Shown here: piece by piece, positions 1 to 21,078 of the stretch | Position numbering within the stretch: position 1 is the first letter of the stretch | Layout of the letters: every line of letters begins with the position of its first letter | From: Podarcis muralis | Taxonomy: Eukaryota | Direction of reading: 5' to 3' | NCBI RefSeq assembly: GCF_964188315.1 | Contig: NC_135664.1 | Location: 28,644,001-28,708,000 of the forward strand | DNA: 64,000 nucleotides | The notes under the pieces: generated by a model | What the model was told of the DNA's origin: nothing | Seen by the model: only the letters and a program-made list of their open reading frames with translations | Databases searched by the model: none | Translations under genes and position numbers: made by a program

Positions 1-11085
<11,085 letters not shown>

Positions 11086-11211
11086 GATGGGATCCAGGAT
11101 GCCTTTTTTGGGGGTACCGGATTAAAAGCAGGCAAATTAACTATTTGAGATAGTGGCAGCAAGCCTGGGCTCCTCTTGATCTTTTGTCCTTGGCTGCTGG
11201 ACTTGCCTTGT
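11086..11211 (-). other. SLC38A2: SLC38A2 5'UTR part of exon 2
   Basis: Acceptor ccttcacag (AG at 11213-11212); contains GCCAAGGACAAAAG...GGAGCCCAG, which resembles the human 5'UTR as I recall it. Confidence 0.65.
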
Positions 11212-11760
11212 CTGTGAAGGTAAGGGGGGGGGGGAGGGAAACGTCAATACTGCAGTAGTCCTCCCGAATTGGGTCACGTGAGCAGCCGCTGCCGCCGCTT
11301 CTGCTCACCGCGGCTGATTCATAGGCAGCCAGGCGAGTGGAAAAGTACCAGCAGAGATGGGAGGGAGGAGGGAGATGGCAAGGGAAGGAAAAGTACAAGA
11401 GTAGAACAAAGATAATCTCCAGCTTCGACACGGCAGCCCCCGCCACTGGGGGAGATCTGCGTGGGAAAGGCAAGGGGGTGCGCAACACAACACAACACAA
11501 CACATATCTGCCCAACAACCCATTTCGACCTATACATCACTTGTTCTCCACTCTCCCCCCCGCAAGACATTTAAAGCTAGTCATTTTAATTATAAGGGTT
11601 GACTTTCTTAAAGGATAGACTAAACCAGGAGAAACCCGAAGTTGCCAAGGCTAGTTTAAGGTTCACGAAAATCGACTTGTGTCCAACCAGAAATGACACA
11701 CTGACACACACAAACCTCTGTACAGGTTTGGGCAGCCAGCCAACTCCACCCCATCTGAAC

Positions 11761-11803
11761 GGAAAATGATGCAACCCCGTCGGGCGATTGTCACATTCCC
11801 TTT
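11761..11803 (-). promoter_or_regulatory. Intron-1 amino-acid response enhancer: C/EBP-ATF (AARE) site plus TGACAAT box
   Basis: Sense strand AAAGGGAATGTGACAATCGCCCGACGGGGTTGCATCATTTTCC; TGATGCAAC at 11767-11775, ATTGTCA at 11787-11793; same location and motif pair as the described mammalian SNAT2 intron-1 enhancer. Confidence 0.8.
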
Positions 11804-12202
11804 CAGTACATTAACCACCCTGCCTTGCTCGTTATCCTTTCAATGGTCATTCCCTGCTATTTCTTTCTTCCACCCTTCCTCTTAATAACAATAACAATAA
11901 TAATAATAATAAAGAGGGGTTCCTGCATTTCTAAAATGGAAAAAATGCAAATCAGTCACAAGACTGCACCAGCAGCGCCTGTTTTCTACTGGGTCTTCCC
12001 CATCCCAAGCTCTCCCAAGATGCAGCAACGCTGGCTGGGCTATTTCTTTTCTTTTTTTAAAAAAACACCCAATCTTACGTAAAGGAACGATTTGGGGTTT
12101 TTTTGTTGTTGCCATGCCTTCGCCACCACAGCAGAAAACCCCATGACCACAGATTCCCCCCCCCTCCAACCCCCTGAAACAGCCCAAGAAGATTATTTTT
12201 AC

Positions 12203-12660
12203 CTCGATCAGTGAAGCTGGGGGGCAAAACCTTGGATGTTCCGGAGCTCCTTTCCACCCCACAAAAATTAAAATTCAAAAAAAAATTCTGAGATCTCCGC
12301 GATTTAATTCGCTTCTTCAACGGAAGCAAAAAAAACGACGACAAAAACCCTCAGATATTAACAATTAAAAGGCCCAGTAAGAAATATATATATATGTATA
12401 TATATATACAAATTAAAATATCAGCAATAGGTTTGGTTTTAAATTGTTTCGTAAAAAAAAAAGCCGGTATAAAATAATAATTTATGGTTCTTTTATTAAA
12501 TAAAGCAAGAAGAATCACGACGAAAATTCTGGAGGCGGAGAGTGAGGTATGCGGCTTGGACGCTTGGCGAGGTGGTTGGTTTTTGTGTTTTTCTCTATTG
12601 TGAGCCGCCGAGCAGCAGTCGCAGCATCAGCTCTCGCGGAACGTCGCGCTCAGGTCTGGG
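12203..12660 (-). other. SLC38A2: Probable non-coding exon 1 of SLC38A2 (boundaries tentative)
   Basis: Candidate donor GAG|gtaaaa at 12202-12201 (alternative TAC|gtaaga at 12078-12077); U-rich tract downstream of the CpG island; TSS not determinable from sequence. Confidence 0.45.
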
Positions 12661-13100
12661 GAATGTCTGGCGATGCCTTCGCTTTTGAGGGCGGAATGCA
12701 GCGACGTCAGAGAAGGGGGAGCGGCGGAAGGACAGGGCGCGGCTTCCCCCTCGACAACGTGCAGCCGCTTCTTTGTATACCAACACGGAGCTCCGTCGCT
12801 CCGCCCCGGGAGCTCTTCCGACTCCGCCTTACGAGGCCGCTCCGGGGACGCTGTTTAACCCTCGGGACGAGCCAACTCTTTCCCGCACAAGAAGCGGATC
12901 ACGAGGCTGTTACTTAGCAGCCGGGCGAAACTTGACGCAGGCGATTCTTCGAAATGATGGAGGCTTCGAATTACAATGGGGGCAGGGCTTTGCTTTTGGA
13001 TCCTGTCCCCCCCTCCCTGGGTGCCTTCCGCCTCAGTTTCCCCATCTGCAAAACCAGAACAACACAGTGTCGTTTGCAGTGCCGGATTTATGTATAAGCT
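12520..13100 (-). promoter_or_regulatory. SLC38A2 promoter CpG island with CRE-like TGACGTCG (12702-12709) and GC boxes
   Basis: Abrupt rise in GC and CpG density; motifs read directly. Confidence 0.8.
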
Positions 13101-13354
13101 GAACAAGCTATTCAAGTTCTTGAAACGTTTCGTTCCAAATTTGCTAGACAGAGACAGACAGAGGATGATGACAGGTGGGTGACCTGCTCCCCCCAACATA
13201 AATCAAACCAAATTGTAAATTATACTAAATTGTACAGAACACCCTCTGGACACGGTAATGTTTTCTGGAATGCCACCACAGCTCACTAGTCTAATTTTTG
13301 GTCCATCAGCTGCTGATTTCATAGATAAATGTAATATCACGGAATTATCATATG

Positions 13355-13509
13355 CAGTGCTTTTTCCCTGGGGTTACGCAGGGGTGCGCATACTCCTAAA
13401 CATTTTGTGAAATTATATTTGGCCTCATTGAGGGGCAGTATTTCAATATGAGTAGGAAAATGAGAGTACCCCTAAACATTTTTAACTTTTTAAAAGAAAA
13501 AAAGCACTG
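13355..13509. mobile_element. hAT-type MITE
   Basis: TIR CAGTGCTTTTT; perfect 8-bp TSD ATCATATG (13347-13354, 13510-13517). Confidence 0.85.
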
Positions 13510-14147
13510 ATCATATGTATACTACCACAGCATCTCATAAGTCCTGAGATGTTACCAAAACTGATTGATAAAACCTATGGTTTTAAAATGTTTAGATGAT
13601 ATGGGGTATGGGTGAAAATGGTGCCAAAAGGAAGACTTCCACCGTGGAAACACTGCATTTGAAGATTTTGTGTGACTTGAAAAAACCAAAACAAAACATC
13701 TCTAACCTTATTTACTTTATAGCTCATGTTTTCTTGTACCACCAATACTGCTAAAACTTTTGTCTAATAAGAACAAAAATTATGCTTATGGTATACGGTA
13801 CTGTATTAGATTTTGGGGGTATGAATTCAGGACTTAGGAGTCATTCTGTATTATTAACCACCTAAGTCACAATTTCCAGTTAAGTCTAGGATACTGTTAA
13901 TGTCACATGATAATGATATAACATATCCAGGAGGAAAATTATATGAATTGCCCTGACTTGTGTGCATGCCTTTAAGGAGTATTACTCATTCCTTATGTAA
14001 CTGTGGTGCTGGGCATTTATAGATATACTTTATGGAAACTCTGCCAGAATAAAACAGTTACAGATGGGTAGCCGTGTTGGTCTGCCATAGTCAAAACAAA
14101 AAAAAATCCTTCCAGTAGCACCTTAAAGACCAACTAAGTTAGTTCTT

Positions 14148-14187
14148 GGTATGAGCTTTCGTGTGCATGCACACTTCTTCAGATACC
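14148..14187 (-). ncRNA. Minimal type-I hammerhead ribozyme motif (mirror copy)
   Basis: Exact reverse complement of 14189-14228. Confidence 0.8.
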
Positions 14188-14188
14188 A

Positions 14189-14228
14189 GGTATCTGAAGA
14201 AGTGTGCATGCACACGAAAGCTCATACC
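14189..14228 (+). ncRNA. Minimal type-I hammerhead ribozyme motif
   Basis: GGUAU-CUGAAGA-A-GUGUGCAUGCACAC-GAAA-GCU-C-AUACC: stem I GGUAU/AUACC, core boxes, hairpin stem II, palindromic AGCU stem III, predicted cleavage after C14223. Confidence 0.8.
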
Positions 14229-14921
14229 AAGAACTAACTTAGTTGGTCTTTAAGGTGCTACTGGAAAGAATTAAACAGAATAACCAAGTAACAGAATCTA
14301 CCCAAGCCTGACATACATTTTTAATTCATAGATGTATTTTACAATTCTTTCACCCTGGGAAAAGCAAGATTTTCTTTCAACTCCTTGCATTGGGTTAGGA
14401 AGAAATAAACACAAACATATAAAAGAAATGTCTATAAATAAATAAGTTTCATTCCATGAGTGTGTTTCTATTCTCTAGTGTGTGTGGTTTTTTTAGCTCC
14501 CCATCCCCAGCCTTTTAAATACAAAAATAAATATTGTATGTTTAAATTTTTCCTCTGAGCCAACCCATCCATTAATGAAAGATTCAGGAAAGGGATAGAG
14601 GGTTTTGAGAACAGAGGCAAACAACCGTGCTTCAGTAACCTTTGTGCTTCCCACAAACTTAATCTAGGCAGCATAGTAGTAAGATCACATGTGATTCTAT
14701 TATATTGGAATATGTGTTTTCCCCCCCACACAAAGTTTGCTGTAGTTCATTTATTTGTTTTGCTCATGTATTGTTTGGAAGCTTTGACATCCACCAGTGC
14801 TTTCTGTAAGTGACATGTTTTTCTTTTGAAGGAGGGCTGAAAATTACATTTGGGAAACTCTTTGAGAGCAAGTTAGTAAGTGTCAGCTCTCTTCCTGACT
14901 TGACTATTTTGATTCCTAGGA

Positions 14922-15194
14922 CTACGGTTTTCCCAGTAGTGATGTATGGAAGTGAGAGCTGGACCATAAAGAAGGATGATCGCCGAAGAATTGATGCTTT
15001 TGAATTATGGTGCTGGAGGAGACTCTTGAGAGTCCCATGGACTGCAAGAAGATCAAACCTATCCATTCTGAAGGAAATCAGCCCTGAGTGCTCATTGGAA
15101 GGAAAGATCCTGAAGCTGAGTCTCCAATACTTTGGCCATCTCATGAGAAGAGAAGACTCCCTGGAAAAGACCCTGATGTTGGGAAAGATTGAGG
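14922..15194 (+). mobile_element. Bov-B/RTE LINE fragment (RT C-terminal region)
   Basis: VFPVVMYGSESWTIKKDDRRRIDAFELWCWRRLLRVPWTARRSN... is typical Bov-B ORF. Confidence 0.9.
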
Positions 15195-18100
15195 CTTGGG
15201 GGAGCCCGAAAGTTAGCAGAAGTACACACACACACACACGACACCACATTGATCGGAGGGGAACCCAGAGAGGAAAAAGGCATGGCTGGCTGCCTGGACC
15301 CCCCAACATTTTCTTGCAGGTGCCCCTAGTTTCTGCCCAGTTGTAAACAGCATGAAAGCTAGTCCTATTCTTGAATACAAATAGCTATCCTGGAGCAATA
15401 TTCTTTGGATTTGTAACTGAACCAGGGACAAGTCAAGACATTTTGCAGCTTGACATATGCCCCTTACCCATTCCACATACAAAAGCTGGCTGGACAAGCT
15501 TTTGAATCTTATTTTAATCGCTTGTGACAGGATAGCATCCACCACACCTGAGACTGCAGGCCAGATTAGGGGACCTAGGAGTGGTCATGTAGCAACAGAG
15601 GGAAATAGCTGGGAAGCTCAGGAGAAACAGTCAGAGAATGCTGCCGCCGCCTCCAACTTCTGCCAGCTGGGGTGGTTGTCTCACTGTTTCTAATGGCAGG
15701 ACCAGTCCTGACTTGACTCCCAAATATTAGAGCTCATAATAGCATGATTGAAAGAGATGAGTAACAGCATGGTTAATTTAACTGGGTTTACTCCCAGGTA
15801 GGTGGGATAGCCGTATTTGGTGATCCTGTGTTCACTCACATGGGAATAAATCCCACTTGAGTCCCACAGAAAAAAACACAAACAACTGTCATTATAAGCA
15901 TTTCAGTATTAAAGCAGTATTAAATTGATGTAGTTCCAGGAGCTGTAGTCACTTTACAACAAAAACTGCCTAGGATCATGTTGAGCATGAAGGCACTATC
16001 TTATCGGGATATGAAACACTAAGTGCCACCCTATGCATGCCTATTCAGAAGTCAGTCCCATTGAGTTCACATTAGGGGTATAAGATTGCAGCCTAAGTTT
16101 TTCATTGACTTCTCAAACTGGTTTTTGCCAAGACAAATCTCAGCAGTAAAAATGATGATGAACAGATACAAAAATGAAGATCTGACATACATGTAGTTCC
16201 ACACAACCTAAATGCTTGGATAATATGAAAATGGAACTTTCAGTTCAGAACATAGAATCCACAACCCACCGGAGAACAACCAATGAAATGTATGCTGTGT
16301 GGCCATTCACTTTTCACACTCTCAAACCAAGCTTGGACTGGAGAAGTAGAAAGATCTGTAATGTCTGAAAAGGAAGTCTTAAAATAAATTTCAACACAGT
16401 GGAGGGGTGTGCAAGTTCCCCTTTCAAATGCTTTGAACAATCTTCAAATTGGGGAAGGAGAAATTCTACTTGGCAACTACAAAGAAGACACATTTATTTA
16501 CAGAACACAAGATGTTTCTTCTGGGGAAGGCAGACATGAGTTCTGCAGGATCTACTTTGTTTTGCTTTCACTAGAATCCCAAAGCCCTCTAAGTAGAGTC
16601 AGGTGCAAAATAGTGGCTGGGATGGTGGAGGCAGGCAACACCCCCTTAGAATAAGGACCCAGGGTATATCTGAGCACTTGCTCAGCCCAGTTTTTATTCC
16701 CAGAACTGAATTCATAGTCCTATCACAAAAAACCACACTCCCAGTTCCTTCCTCCCATTACCTAGCAGCCAAATTTGGAGTGTGTTTGTATGTGCCTTTT
16801 TGTTGTTGCATTTGCAAATTAATTGGGAGTCAGAAACCTTGTTGAACACTTGTTGAATATGCACCTTCTGCCCACCCCTGCTTATATAAGGGGTAGCCCA
16901 ACCAAGGCTGAAAATATTCCAGTCCCCCTTGAACTATGAATAAATTTCATTTCTCACTGATATAATGATAGTTGTAATGGGACAATGTTTCCGTAATGTG
17001 TGGATGTTACACGTAGTGTTTGAACTGTTTAATTGATAAAATGTGCTCTGTACAGAACAAATGAAAACTTGAGTGAGAGCGGGGATGCACATTTCAAATC
17101 ACTCTGAGGTTCACTTAATGAGGCTGAAATTACGGTAGTTAGAAGTTCTTAGTTCTATAATCCAAATTTCCATGAAAGCAGTCTCAAAAAGGAACCAGTG
17201 CTTTGTTTATATGCAAAACGCCATCAAGTGCACTGAGCCCACAGCAATAATTGGCAATTTATGTCAAAATGGATACGTTTTGGGCCATCCTAAATAGTAC
17301 TTTGAAGAGTGCCCTCATTGAGACACCCTAGCATTAGCTGCAGTCCACTGCCTTCCTTTGCTGTAGGATGCTCAGTCTAAAGCATGCTGCCCCATTCAAA
17401 AAGTTATCAATGGGTTATTGGCATGGAAACAATAAGCTTGGTGCTATCTTGCACCACAACCAAAGTGTTAGAAAGGATGCAATGTTAGGTCAACATGTAG
17501 AAGGCGGCACACTCCTGGAATTCTAGGTCTGTGTTTTGTTGTAGCCCAAATTTTAGTCTGGTGCGCGTGCGCATGCACACACACACACAGAGTTCATTAT
17601 TCATTAAGCAATTGTCAGGGGGCCAGGGGCCTTGATAGTGAATTGAGCAAAAGAAAAGTGTTGGGTCAAATGTGATGCTAAAATTCCTCAAAGAGGACAC
17701 ACTTGGAGGAGTGGATGCATGATTTATTTGTATCTTGATTACTGGCATGGGGCAGGGTGCTTCACAATGTGTTGCACCAAAATGAAGTATTTGGATAGAC
17801 ATGATGCTGATGGGGCTTCTTGAAGAGGACACTCTCCTGGAGGTGTGGATGGATTATTTTTAGCAGCCCAAAATTCAGTTTGGGATGCACAGTTCCTTAT
17901 CTGTAAGCGTTCTTCGGAGTCACTGCACATAAAAGTGCTGCACAAAACCGGTGATTTTGATTGGAGAGAATGATTGTGCATCTTGGAAGATATCATTCCC
18001 ACAGTCATTGTAATACCTGAAACAAAGTAGCCCAAAGCCTTATTTTGAGATGCAGGGGCTTATAAACTTCAGTTCCAGCTAATTCAGCTGCATCAAACTT

Positions 18101-19429
18101 TCATAGAAATAAGGACTTGGGAAGCAGCTAATAACCAGGTTTAGTCTTGTGGCAACTTGCACATCTTTTATATTGAGTTTACTTACATTCCTGCAGAGAG
18201 TTTCTGCCAACATTTTAACTAAATGGAATTCAATCATGTACATAGAAACGTAATGTGTACAAAAAGGGCACATTGCTAGAAGTTAGTTCGTCACCTTTAC
18301 CCTACTTAAAAGCACAAATAACCATGCTGTGCCACAAACATAAAGGTTTACGGCGCCCTCTCTTTTTGTTTTCCCCACTCTGTAGATATGAGATGCCTCT
18401 TTCTTTTTGTTCTCTTAGCTACTAGTATCTATTACATGTAAACTCTTTTCCTGCCAGGAAGTTCAATATAGATAGGGCTTTGCTACATTTTATCCTCACA
18501 CCAACTCTGTGAGATAGGTTAGTCTGAGAGAGCGATTGGTCCAACACTCCCCAGTGATATTCAAGGCTGAGTAGAATTCAAAGATGGGTTTCAGTAGACC
18601 TAGTCTGACATCCTACTATACTATGCTACACTACCAGCTAACCATCAGGTCCATCTGAATCTCTCTTGCCCTTATATTTCTCCCCTCATGGTGCACTCTA
18701 TTCCACAGTTCACCCTGCATATAGATATCTCAGATGTTTCAGTGTACAAGTCATTATTTACTTCTTGCCACCACCCCAATAGAACCCCATTGACTCTTCA
18801 CACCTTGAATTACTTCTGAGAGAGCATATTCCAGGAACTCTGGAGACTCAGGCTGCAGGCATATATATGGGAGTAATTGAAAATGGGACTGACCACTGTA
18901 TAGGCATGGATAGGATCGCACTGTGAGCCACCTTGAAAAACTGGGGTGGGGGGGTGACCATGCATCTGTGGTGGGATTTCATTGGTAAGATATCTCTCAC
19001 CCCACCTGTAGGAGTTTTTCAACAGAACAGAACTATCAACAGAACACTGAAAGGGGAAAACCACTCGAAAATAATGAGAATAACGTCTGTATATTTTGCC
19101 ACATATCCCAGGTGCTATCAATGCTCGAAACCCATTTGGGGTTTCTATTTTCAAATGAAAGCCAGGATTTTATGGATTAGTCTCACAGGCAGGAGCATGG
19201 GATTTATGTTGTGGGGAGAGCAGGGCACCCACCTGTCCTCATCCTCTGCCTGGCTCTGTCCAGCAGGACATGTCTCAACAACAGTTGTTTTAAATTACTT
19301 TGTTTTGACCCCCAGTGCTCAAAAAAACTTATCGAAATCTTTCTACAATTTTTACTTTCAGTTCAGCATCTTCATTTATTTCACTTGATTGGGGGTGGGG
19401 TAGGCATCCGCCCCCAAGGGTGCCAACTT

Positions 19430-20500
19430 GAATAAAATATTGGAGCGGGGGGGGCAGGTAATGCCCCACCTCGCATAATCGATCGCATGACACACGGCAC
19501 ACAAGCGCCCCGTTTTTGCTCCTGAAGGGCTCTTTTTGCGCGGTCCAGAGGAGACCCCGTTCTGTGCCTTTCAAGGAGGGGGTTTTGTTTCCCGCCGTTT
19601 CTGTGCTAAGTGCGGGACGGAAGCTACGGCGCCAAGCAGCCCCGCTTGGGTGGGTGAGAGGAGGGGACACAGCACGAGAGAGATGCCGGTCTTTCCCCAC
19701 AGCTTGGCGCGCGCGTGTGTGTGTGTGGGGGTGCCTTTGCAACAGCCCCTACCGCGCGCTCGGGCGCGCGCGCCTCGCTCTTTTTGGCGCCTTCATTGGT
19801 TTCAAGCCGCCCCCCTCCCTCGCCTGGAGGGGGGCGCTTCCAAAACATGTCGCGCGCTTCCAAAACAGAAAGCCCTCAGCAGCTCCCCACGTTATTCGGC
19901 GTGGTTTACTCGGAAGTAAGCCCTACCAAGTACAAGGGCGCTCACTGGAAAGGCGCCAACCCCACCCCTCTGAGGCAGCGCTGTGTTATGGCTCCAGGAG
20001 CCGCTCCGGAAACATCTCTCCCCCCCCGTCACCGCTTGACGGGAATGTTCTAGAGATAGAGAAGTGATAGCGGCGTGTCCTCAGCTGCGCGCGCATCCCC
20101 GAAAAGACTGAAAATTTTCCACTGCTGCTGCTGCTTCTACCCTGATAGCGGAGCGCGTGGCCGCCGCCCCTCCCGGTCACATGACGAGGCGTTTAGTCAC
20201 CTCTCTTCGCCCAGGGCGGGGCAGGCAGGGCAGGTTGGTTCAAAGCATCTGCGCCGAAGCCGGAGCAAACACAACCCGTGACACAATGCAGTGGATGTTA
20301 CAATGGCGAGAAGAAGCAAGCTCCGGCTTGTGTATGCGCTGGGTTGGCTTTGCCCACAATAAAGCTGCATTGCTCTGCACACATCCTGTGTGTAGGAAAG
20401 GGATTGAGGCCGATCAAGATACGGAAGGCGCATGATGTGTGATGGAAATGGGATATGTTTGAAATGCATAACAATGCGGTTGTATGCGAGGCGCGTTTCA
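19430..20500. promoter_or_regulatory. Second (orphan) CpG island ~7 kb upstream of SLC38A2
   Basis: Dense CpG (e.g. cgcgcgctcgggcgcgcgcgcc); reverse CCAAT 19795-19799, CGGAAGT 19911-19917, GC boxes; no coding exon recognised. Confidence 0.75.
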
Positions 20501-20637
20501 TCACTGAGAATTGAGTTGCTGACCCACTATTGATTCCCTCTTCTCTCGTCCTGGCTATATTGAGGGGGGGGAGAGGGTAAGGGGGCAATTGCTCCCCACT
20601 CCATGAACCATAACCCCCAGATTTTATAGTGCCAAAA

Positions 20638-21078
20638 ATCACAGAATCCTAGAGTTGGAAGGGACCCCAAGGGTCATCTAGTCCAACCCCCTGCAATTGC
20701 AGGAATCTCAGCTAAAGCATTCATGACAGATGGCCATCCAACCTCTGCTTAAGAACCTCCAAGGAAGGAGAGTCTACAGTCTCTCAGTGACAACCTTTCC
20801 ATTGCCCAACGACTCTTACCGTTTCTCCATATGTTTAGTGGAAACTCCTTTCTTGTAATTTTAAGCCATTGGTTTCAAGTCCTACCCTCCACAGCAAGAG
20901 AAAATAAGTGTGTTTCTTCTTCCATGTGGCAGTGAATCCTTGAGATATTTGAAGATGGCAATCATATCTCCTCTCAGTCTTCTCTTTTCCAGGCTAAACA
21001 TACCCAGCTCCCTCAACCGTTCCTCATAAGGCTTGGTTTCTAGACCTTTGATCATCTTGGTTGTCCTCGTCTGCACAT
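20638..21078 (-). mobile_element. CR1 LINE 3' fragment
   Basis: [41 protein letters not shown] plus CR1 3'UTR ending in GATTCT. Confidence 0.9.

Larger units (their letters stand above)
14058..14266. mobile_element. Non-autonomous Penelope-like element, inverted pseudo-LTR pair
   Basis: Perfect inverted repeat 14110-14187 / 14189-14266; 12-bp TSD agaataaaacag/agaattaaacag; hammerhead core in each arm. Confidence 0.8.

Noticed and set aside
11141-11618. 125-aa ORF as an N-terminal extension or alternative coding exon
   Set aside because: Intronic low-complexity sequence that stops at 11141, before the real ATG.
12549-13199. ORFs over the SLC38A2 promoter
   Set aside because: Same CpG-island artefact.
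14810-15346. 178-aa ORF as an active reverse transcriptase
   Set aside because: Only ~270 bp of Bov-B; all Bov-B, CR1 and L2 pieces in the window are truncated.
19516-20435. Multiple overlapping 60-183 aa ORFs
   Set aside because: Expected from stop-codon scarcity in a GC-rich CpG island; no recognisable domains.
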